Shown here piece after piece: positions 7,753 to 14,396 of a DNA stretch of 14,647 nt (positions are counted from its first letter, which is position 1; every line of letters begins with the position of its first letter). A program made the position numbers and the translations under genes. The notes below the pieces were generated by a model that saw only the letters and a list, made by a program, of their open reading frames with translations, did not search any database and was not told where the DNA came from. The stretch is from Thermoproteaceae archaeon. Its GTDB lineage: Archaea; Thermoproteota; Thermoprotei; Thermoproteales; Thermoproteaceae. Location of the stretch: assembly GCA_020833025.1 (NCBI GenBank), contig JAJHRB010000040.1, forward strand, positions 1 through 14,647. Direction: 5' to 3'.

Positions 7753-7916
7753 AGGGTTTTTACAAAGTTCCAACATTATAAACTCTCCGGCGCGGGACGG
7801 CGCCCGGCGCGCCGTCAAAAAGCGGCGCCAGCAGGAAGCCGCGCCGTCAAACGGCGGCCCCGTTATCAGAGCGCGCCGTCAAAAAGCGGCGCCGCCCGCC
7901 GCGGCGCGCCGTGAAA
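7731..7916. repeat. Phased GCGCCGTCAAA repeat array (iteron/operator-like)
   Basis: Direct copies start at 7809, 7841, 7873 and 7906 (the last is GCGCCGTGAAA), with spacing 32/32/33 bp. A perfect inverted copy is at 7731-7741 and a partial inverted copy at 7796-7803. An exact 23-bp duplicate occurs at 7807-7829 and 7871-7893. Confidence 0.88.
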
Positions 7917-7954
7917 GTAGAAAACGAGAAAAGCCCGGCGCGGTAGTTGGGGGC

Positions 7955-8344
7955 ATGGAGCCCGAGAGGAGACCCGGAACGGCCGCAGTCGCGCCGGTGC
8001 CGATCCCAGCAATCCCCGCCCGCGTTATCAACATGGACAGATTTGGCAGCAAGATAGAGATATCGCTAAGGCCGCCCGCCCACTGGCTGCACAAGATCCG
8101 GCCGGACGCCCGGCACTACGACGCCGTCCTGCTGCTGCCGAACGGGGTGGCGTACTTCGCGCAGCTGACGCTCCACAGGATCACGCGCGGCGGGATGTGT
8201 CTCTTCTACGTCAGGCGCCCCGCCAGCAAGGCAGTCGCCGAGGTGCTGAGGGCAGCGGAGGCGAAGTACATCGGGGTTCTCGACATAGTGCCGAGCCCGC
8301 CGCTGGAAAGGGGACAAGCCGCAGCAAGTAGGCGGCGCCCATGA
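7955..8344 (+). CDS. Hypothetical small beta-rich protein, 129 aa; first gene of the overlapping operon
   Basis: ATG preceded by a G-run; its stop overlaps the next start (ATGA at 8341-8344). It shows weak similarity to the ORF at 14397. Confidence 0.68.
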   Translation: MEPERRPGTAAVAPVPIPAIPARVINMDRFGSKIEISLRPPAHWLHKIRPDARHYDAVLLLPNGVAYFAQLTLHRITRGGMCLFYVRRPASKAVAEVLRAAEAKYIGVLDIVPSPPLERGQAAASRRRP

Positions 8345-11271
8345 CGGGGGCGCCCGCGGCGGCGCTCGCGGGGGCCCGAGACTCCGTACAGGGCCGCGCC
8401 GCCCCGGCCGCCGAAGTGAAGGAGGATTTAAACGCTGCGCTCGCGGGGGAGCGGGGCGCCGGGACGAAAAATGGGGGGAGTCCCTCCCCGGGGGGCGCGC
8501 TGCACGCGGCGCCTGCACGGGGCGCGCACGAGCCCAGCACAGCTCCTGCACAAGCCCTGCACGCGGCGGGGGAGCAGGGCGCGGGCTGCAAGTGCAGGGC
8601 CGCGTCGCGGCGCCTTGTAGAGTGTAAATGCACGGCGGAGAGCGGCGAGGAGGTAGCGGTCTCCGTGGTGGTTGAGCTTGAGTATGGCTACCGCGTGATA
8701 ATCAACGGCAAGACCGCCGTGAGGGCCGAGAGTCTCGCCGCAATCAAGGTGCTGGAGCCCCTGGAGAAAGCCGGCGTGCCCGACCCAGAGGCGCTGGTGA
8801 GAGAGATTGAGAAGCTTCTTAGAGAAGCAAAACGGAGGGCCCGCGTCTCATGTAGAATGGAAAGCGCCGCGCCGCCCACGATAACCTGCCGCGTTGAGAA
8901 CGAGACGCTTGTCGTTAAGCGGGTCGGCGCCGAGTGGTACCTTGTCGAGCCTTACGTGAGGAGAATAGGGCGGCGCTTGAGCCTTGCCGCCGTCGCGGCG
9001 ATAGCGGAGAAATTCCTCGTAATGCCCGAGCGACTGTACGCCGCACTTGCAGAGGAGATCGGCGAGGTGTGTCCCGAGGCGTGGCGCGTTGTGTACTTCC
9101 ACCCCGCCCACGACTACGTCGAGGGCCTCGGCCCCGTTCTCGGCGTGAGGTACACGAGCGGCGAAAGGGAGCACTTCGGCTACGTCTACGTCAGGGACGG
9201 CAGGCTGGAGCTGGCGGACGTCGCCGCGCCCGTCAAGGATGAGGACGCCATGATCATCTACCGCCCCGCGGTCTCCGACCTCCCCAGCATAAGCGGCGTC
9301 CGCGTGTACTTGCCCGACTTCGTCGAGATTCTAGAAGCGTGGAGGGAGGCGCCGACGTTTGCGGGCGTCGCGCGCGAGGCGGAGACGTACATCCGGAGCC
9401 GCGTGACGGCCCCCGACGTCGACGTCAGGTTCGCAACTGCGTTCATCGTTACGTCGCACTTCTTCGTCGTTGCGAGCTATTACCCGGCCTTCGTCATCGG
9501 CAAGCCCGGCTTCGCCGCTGGCGGCACGACGGCGGCAAAGGTTCTGGCGGCGCTCATGCCGAGACCCGCCGTCCTCCTGGATCCCTCGTGGGCGTCGCTA
9601 TTCAGGGCGGCGCACATCTTTCGCCCGACGTATCTTATAGATGAGGTAATCATGGAGCTCGGCGACGAGGCCCTCCGGAACATCCGCCTGTACCTCGTCG
9701 CGCGGTTTGATCAAGACATGTCAGTGCCGAGGGCGGACGATGGCGGGGCACGCCTCGGCACCTATGTTGTGTACTCCAACGCCATCATAGTTGACCCGCA
9801 GGGTCTCGTTGCAAATCTGGCCGTTGTGAGGCGATCACCGCGCGTCGTTCTCTGCCCTGACCCGAACCGGCGGGAAATTATCACCATAAAAAAAGAGCTG
9901 GAGAAGCCTGAGGTCAGGCGACTCGCCGCGAGACTCTACGCGCTGTTCTTGCGCCACGCGGCGGAAATCAAGGCGGAGTACGACAGGGTGGGCGAGATCT
10001 TCCCCTGCCGCGGCGCCGTCCTGCAGGGCTTCGGGCTCCTGCTCCTCGTGGCGAGGCGCATGGGGCAGGAGTACTTAGACGCCGTGGCGGCTAAGATTCG
10101 CGAGTGGGTTGATGAGGTAGGCCTGATGTATGTTATCGGGGATCCTAGTAAATTGGTCTTGGCCAAGGTGCTGGAAGACATCGAGAACCTCGAGGCTTAC
10201 GTCCGCGCGCGGCTCTCGCCGGAGACAGGTTGGTTGACCCCCGAGTCCGTCAGCGGCTCCGAGCCGCCGAAGCCGTGGCGCGTCGACGTCGAGGGCGGGC
10301 GGGTCGTCCTGTGGACGTATTTAGAGTCCTGGCGCAAATACTTACAGCACGCGCTGGGCGAGCTGAAGCAGGTCAGCCGGCGGAAGGGGACTGGGGAGGA
10401 GACGGAGTGGGTGGACACGAGGGTCAGGGACCTGGGCCCAGCGCTCGATCGGAAGGCCTTCGCCGCGTTGCTAAGACCATACCTCTCACACGTTTTGAGA
10501 CGCGAGGAAACTCGGCGGAACCTTAGAGTCGCTTTCACCTCGCTTGACGACATCGCGAGAGCAAGGGAGGCCCTGAGGAGGGCGCTGCCGGAAGGCAGTC
10601 TCGCCGCGTGCCCGCCCGAGCCGCAGCCGGCGGGAGAGACACGCCCCGTGCATGAGTCACCCGCGCCGGGTGCAGAAACAGTGCAGTCCTCGTGCACGCT
10701 GGGTGCGCCGCCGCGTGCAAGCGCCGAGTGCAAGGCTCGGGGGGAGGAGGGGGAGGGGCATGAAAACACTGAGAGCGGCGGGAGCGGCGCCGCCGCCCCG
10801 CCAGCCCCCGCTGCCCAGCAAGAAGCTGCCACCTCCGCACGGCGCGGGCGCGAGGAGGAGACACCGCAAGACGAAGAAAGGGCGAGGGAGGAGCTTGAAC
10901 GCTTTATCGCGGAGCACGCGGCGGGCCGGTCTCCCTCCCCGCCGGCCGTGGCGCCCCCGGGCGCGAGTGCCGAGGAGAGCGCGCGTGCACGGCACGAGGA
11001 CAGAGTTGAGCGGTGCAAGGCGAACATAATTTGCTGGAACCGCTTGCAGGTCTGCATCTGGCGCGAGCTGAGGGGCTCCCCGGAGGAAAAGAAGAAAGCG
11101 GCGCTGGAGGAGCTGGAGAGACAAGGCGAGCTGTTCCGCAAGTGTCTCGCTGACGCGGAGGAGTATGCCGAGAGGGAGACAGGAAGGGGCGGGAGCTCCG
11201 AGAGCGGCGGGATCAGGAAAATGAGCGCGAGGGAGGTGATAGGACGAGTCAGGAAACTGCTCGGCCTGTGA
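8341..11271 (+). CDS. 976-aa multidomain protein with a degenerate P-loop NTPase domain (MGE replication helicase-like)
   Basis: Walker A-position GKPGFAAGGTT (9499-9531), P(S)WASLFR, Walker B TYLIDE (9631-9645), VPR and a late VVRRS. This order and spacing resemble the P-loop domain of primase-associated MGE proteins, such as those with DUF3631. Confidence 0.75.
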   Translation: MTGAPAAALAGARDSVQGRAAPAAEVKEDLNAALAGERGAGTKNGGSPSPGGALHAAPARGAHEPSTAPAQALHAAGEQGAGCKCRAASRRLVECKCTAESGEEVAVSVVVELEYGYRVIINGKTAVRAESLAAIKVLEPLEKAGVPDPEALVREIEKLLREAKRRARVSCRMESAAPPTITCRVENETLVVKRVGAEWYLVEPYVRRIGRRLSLAAVAAIAEKFLVMPERLYAALAEEIGEVCPEAWRVVYFHPAHDYVEGLGPVLGVRYTSGEREHFGYVYVRDGRLELADVAAPVKDEDAMIIYRPAVSDLPSISGVRVYLPDFVEILEAWREAPTFAGVAREAETYIRSRVTAPDVDVRFATAFIVTSHFFVVASYYPAFVIGKPGFAAGGTTAAKVLAALMPRPAVLLDPSWASLFRAAHIFRPTYLIDEVIMELGDEALRNIRLYLVARFDQDMSVPRADDGGARLGTYVVYSNAIIVDPQGLVANLAVVRRSPRVVLCPDPNRREIITIKKELEKPEVRRLAARLYALFLRHAAEIKAEYDRVGEIFPCRGAVLQGFGLLLLVARRMGQEYLDAVAAKIREWVDEVGLMYVIGDPSKLVLAKVLEDIENLEAYVRARLSPETGWLTPESVSGSEPPKPWRVDVEGGRVVLWTYLESWRKYLQHALGELKQVSRRKGTGEETEWVDTRVRDLGPALDRKAFAALLRPYLSHVLRREETRRNLRVAFTSLDDIARAREALRRALPEGSLAACPPEPQPAGETRPVHESPAPGAETVQSSCTLGAPPRASAECKARGEEGEGHENTESGGSGAAAPPAPAAQQEAATSARRGREEETPQDEERAREELERFIAEHAAGRSPSPPAVAPPGASAEESARARHEDRVERCKANIICWNRLQVCIWRELRGSPEEKKKAALEELERQGELFRKCLADAEEYAERETGRGGSSESGGIRKMSAREVIGRVRKLLGL

Positions 11272-11588
11272 TGCTGCCAAGCTACCGTATCGCGCTTGCG
11301 GTCGCGAAGTATCTCTGCCGCCACCTAAGCGCGGGAATCTTCAGGCTCGTCGACGACATCGTCAGGGACCCCTCGCTGCTGCCCGTCCTGGCGGGGCTCG
11401 GCGCTGTTGAGACCGTCGGCGGCGTGCCCGCGGCGCCGAGGCCGGGAGCGCCGGGGTGGTGGCGCGCCCACGACGCCGTGCTCGACGCCGTGCTCTATCT
11501 CGAGGCCAGGGGCGTCGCCAAGTATCTGCCTGACGTGGGGGTGGTCAACTGGGCGGGCAGGCCGTGCGCTCCCGGCGCGCGGCCGTGA
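11268..11588 (+). CDS. Hypothetical protein, 106 aa, possibly winged-helix
   Basis: Overlaps both neighbours by 4 nt. The C-terminal VLDAVLYLEARGVAKYLPDVGVVNW resembles a wHTH helix plus wing. Confidence 0.65.
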   Translation: MMLPSYRIALAVAKYLCRHLSAGIFRLVDDIVRDPSLLPVLAGLGAVETVGGVPAAPRPGAPGWWRAHDAVLDAVLYLEARGVAKYLPDVGVVNWAGRPCAPGARP

Positions 11589-12733
11589 GCGCCATCACCC
11601 TCAGCGGCCTTTACGGCTTCGCGGATCTGTACGTCAGGGGCAGGCTGGCCGAAGAGTTTGCTAGACAGCGCGGCGTCGCGCCGTGCCGCGAGTACGGCGC
11701 GCCGGCGAGGCTCGGCCTCGTCTGCGACGGCGGGGAGCTCGTCCGGCTGATCCTCGAAGCAGAGAGGGGGCGGCTCAAGAGGGGCGGCGGCCCCAACCAC
11801 CTCTTCATCAGCATGGCCCTGGTGGACTGGCGGCTGTACCACGACCCGCAGGCAAGGCCGCAGTCGTACGTCGCTCTCGACAGGGCGTGCATCGACCTGG
11901 ACATCCCTGCTGAGTGCGCACAGGACAAGTGGTGCCGGGCCGCCAGGCTCGGCAGGCTGAAGGCCGCGCTGCGGGAGAAGCTCCGCAAGTATAGGGACGT
12001 CCTTTGGGCCGAGTGGACCGGCTTCAAGGGCTACCGCCTATGCGCGTGGCTCCCGCGCCTCCTGCCCGCGGACAGGGCGGTGCTGGAGAGGATACAGCTC
12101 TGGCTCGCGAGGGGGCTCGAGGAGTGGCTTGACCGCCACGCCGTCGGCGACGTAAAACGGCTGTTCCGCGTGCCGTACTCAATTAACCCCAAGTCGGGAG
12201 ACAGGGCTGCCATCGTCGACCACCTGCTCGAGGAGCTGTCAGCGCGGGAGACGGCAGAGCGCCTAATGTCGCTAAGGCCGCTCGACGCGCGCGTGCTCGA
12301 CAGGCTCGCGCGGGAGGCCGTTCTCGAGGCGTTCGCGAGGGAGCGCGGGGCGCGCGAGGCCAGAAGGCCGGGGGGCCGCGCGGCGGGGAGGCTCCCGCGC
12401 TGGATCCAGGCGCTGATCGAGTACATGAGACAGACCGGCAACCTGTGCCACGCCGCGCGCGTCGCGGTGGCGCGCTGGCTTTACTTCGCGGGATACAGCC
12501 GCGAGGAAATCATTGGGGTCTTCAGGGCGGCGGCGGACTTCGACGAGAGGAAGACGGCCTACCACGTCGACTACGAGATAAGGCGCATGGGCGAGGAGTG
12601 CCGCGCGTGGCAGCCCGAGGAATGCAGGGAGAGACCGTGGCGCTGCGAGACGGTAGTGAGGACGTGCGAGGGCAAGAAGGTGCCGCCGAGCCTGCCGGAG
12701 CTGTGCCCGGGGCGCCGTGAGGACGTGCATTAA
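11585..12733 (+). CDS. Archaeo-eukaryotic primase: PriS-like catalytic domain fused to a PriL C-terminal-like domain; start probably GTG 11585
   Basis: Motif I IDLD (11891-11902), motif II TGFKGYR (12017-12037), motif III GDVKRLFRVPYSINPKSG (from 12146). The C-terminal LPRWI...GNLCHAARVAVARWLYFAGYSREEIIGVFRAAADFDERKTAYHVDY...PWRCET...C matches the PriL-CTD pattern. GTG 11585 overlaps the upstream TGA. Confidence 0.85.
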   Translation: MSAITLSGLYGFADLYVRGRLAEEFARQRGVAPCREYGAPARLGLVCDGGELVRLILEAERGRLKRGGGPNHLFISMALVDWRLYHDPQARPQSYVALDRACIDLDIPAECAQDKWCRAARLGRLKAALREKLRKYRDVLWAEWTGFKGYRLCAWLPRLLPADRAVLERIQLWLARGLEEWLDRHAVGDVKRLFRVPYSINPKSGDRAAIVDHLLEELSARETAERLMSLRPLDARVLDRLAREAVLEAFARERGAREARRPGGRAAGRLPRWIQALIEYMRQTGNLCHAARVAVARWLYFAGYSREEIIGVFRAAADFDERKTAYHVDYEIRRMGEECRAWQPEECRERPWRCETVVRTCEGKKVPPSLPELCPGRREDVH

Positions 12734-13277
12734 GGTCCTCAGGGAGCTCGAAGAGGCCGCCCGCCGCTGGAACCTCGGCGCGGTCAAGGAGCTGGTGCGG
12801 GAGGCCGCCAGGCGCTGCGGGCCGGGAGAGCTGCGGGAGGCCCTCGCCGCGAGGGTCGCACCGGCGCTCGCGGAGGCGGCGCTCAGAGTTGCGGTGGAGC
12901 TGTACAGGCGGCTCGAGCCGGCGGTGGGCCGGGGCCGCGCGCTGGAGGCGGCGCTCGAGGAGGCCTCCGGCAAGCTGGCGCGTCTCGAGTCGCCGTGCTG
13001 GCTGGCGGAGGCGGCCGCGAGGGCCGTGCCGCAGGCGCTCGCGCGGCTGGGCTGGGAGGGGCCGAGGTGGCCCTTCGCCGCCAGGCTGCTGGTGACCCTC
13101 CACCTCGACTGTGGCGGCGTGCCTGACGGCGTGCTGGAGGCGTTCGGCCCCGAGGAGGCGGCGGCAATACTGTCATTCCTCGAGGAGGGGGCGGCCGTCC
13201 TCGACGCGGGCCCCGCGCCCGTGGCGCTGTACTCGTCGCGTCTCCTGCTGCGCGGCGGGCGGCGGTCACGGCCGTGA
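12717..13277 (+). CDS. Hypothetical Ala/Glu/Arg-rich helical protein, 186 aa
   Basis: Overlaps the primase stop by 17 nt and closes the operon. No family recognised. Confidence 0.65.
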   Translation: MRTCIKVLRELEEAARRWNLGAVKELVREAARRCGPGELREALAARVAPALAEAALRVAVELYRRLEPAVGRGRALEAALEEASGKLARLESPCWLAEAAARAVPQALARLGWEGPRWPFAARLLVTLHLDCGGVPDGVLEAFGPEEAAAILSFLEEGAAVLDAGPAPVALYSSRLLLRGGRRSRP

Positions 13278-13341
13278 CCCCGGCGCCCGGCTCTGCCTCC
13301 GGGCGCGCGCATGTGCTTTCTCTAGTCTCCACGCCCGGTGC

Positions 13342-13492
13342 CCGGTGGTTAGCGTGGTGAGCGTGTTGAGTCTCCGAAGCCCTTGGCAGATATTGAAAAA
13401 TGGGCGGCAAATGTCGAAACCGCTCTCCCGGCTGGCATCGACTCAAGTAAAGCGCAAAGGGGACTAACCACTATCACCGCGCTAACCACCGG
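13342..13492. repeat. 31-bp imperfect inverted repeat, each arm CCGG plus three 9-bp units, flanking an 89-bp spacer
   Basis: Left arm 13342-13372 reads CCGG TGGTTAGCG TGGTGAGCG TGTTGAGTC. The reverse complement of 13462-13492 reads CCGG TGGTTAGCG CGGTGATAG TGGTTAGTC (26/31 identical). Confidence 0.85.
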
Positions 13493-13638
13493 CCGCCGTG
13501 GAGCTGGTCGTGGCTGTTCTTCTATTGCGCGCTTGCCGCCCGGTGGCCGCGGGCCGGCGCGCGCCGGAACCGGCCGGTTCTCGCGCCGCGCGCCAGAACC
13601 CCCGAGTGGCTTATCAAGCCGGAACCACCCCTTGCGGC

Positions 13639-14271
13639 GTGGCCCTCCGCCTCGTGGCCTACGTCCGCGTCTCGCGGGAGGACGAGCGGCCGGAGAACCA
13701 GGAGTTCGCGATATTCCGCTGGGCGGCAGAGAGGGGCCACCAGATAGTCGAGGTCGTGAGGGACGCTGGCATCTCCGGCGCGCTGCCGCCTAATGAGAGG
13801 CCCGGCTGGCAGAGGGCCATGGAGCTGCTCGGGCAGGCAGACGGCGTTGTCGTCTACGCGCTGGACCGCGTGGCGCGCAGCCTGTGGGACCTGGCGCAAG
13901 TCGTCAGGGAGCTCGAATCAAAAGGCAAGCTGCTGATATCCGTGCGAGAGGAGTGGCTGCAGCAGCTGGACCCGAGGGTGCGCCAGCTGATTGTCGGCAT
14001 TCTGGGCTGGGCCGCCGAGATGGAACGCGAGTTCATCCGCGAGAGGACGCGCGAGGCGCTGGCCAGGCTGAGGGCAATGGGCAGGCGCGTGGGCAGGCCC
14101 CCGAGGTGGAGCGAGACGCTGCGCCGCCGCATAATCGACCTCGTGAGGAGGGGCATCACGCTGAGAGATGCCTGCAGGCTCGTGGGGGTAGGCTACAGGA
14201 CGGCGCTCAGGTACCTCAGCCGCGACCCGGAGTACCTCAAGGCGAGGGCCGAGGCGAGGCTCAAGGGCTGA
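13639..14271 (+). CDS. Small serine recombinase (resolvase/invertase type) with C-terminal HTH, about 210 aa
   Basis: Catalytic YVRVS, D-x-G-I-S-G, RPG, LDRVARS, the E-helix AEMEREFIRERTREALARLRAMGRRVGRPP, and HTH GITLRDACRLVGVGYRTALRYL. TTATCAA at 13611-13617 supports GTG 13639 rather than 13498 as the start. Confidence 0.93.
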   Translation: MALRLVAYVRVSREDERPENQEFAIFRWAAERGHQIVEVVRDAGISGALPPNERPGWQRAMELLGQADGVVVYALDRVARSLWDLAQVVRELESKGKLLISVREEWLQQLDPRVRQLIVGILGWAAEMEREFIRERTREALARLRAMGRRVGRPPRWSETLRRRIIDLVRRGITLRDACRLVGVGYRTALRYLSRDPEYLKARAEARLKG

Positions 14272-14396
14272 GCCTGCGGGGAGGGAGCACGCCTCCTGTC
14301 GGCGGAAGTGCATCTCCTCACCTCTCGGCAGCACAGCAACTCGCCACCGCCAGGAGGGCCGCGCGCCAATTTAAGCGGCGCCGCGCCCATGCCGGC

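Noticed and set aside
7796-7916. Repeat array read as a mini-CRISPR
   Set aside because: The repeats are only 11 bp with about 21-bp spacers, two of which are themselves partly identical. There is no leader and no cas gene.
10197-11324. 375-aa minus-strand ORF, and similar long antisense ORFs such as 12272..13312, 10657..11280 and 3256..3801
   Set aside because: These are Ser/Arg/Ala-rich shadow frames opposite well-supported genes, typical of high-GC DNA, with no motifs or promoters.
13639-14271. IS607 transposon
   Set aside because: IS607 TnpA has an N-terminal HTH and is normally followed by tnpB. Here the HTH is C-terminal and no tnpB follows.
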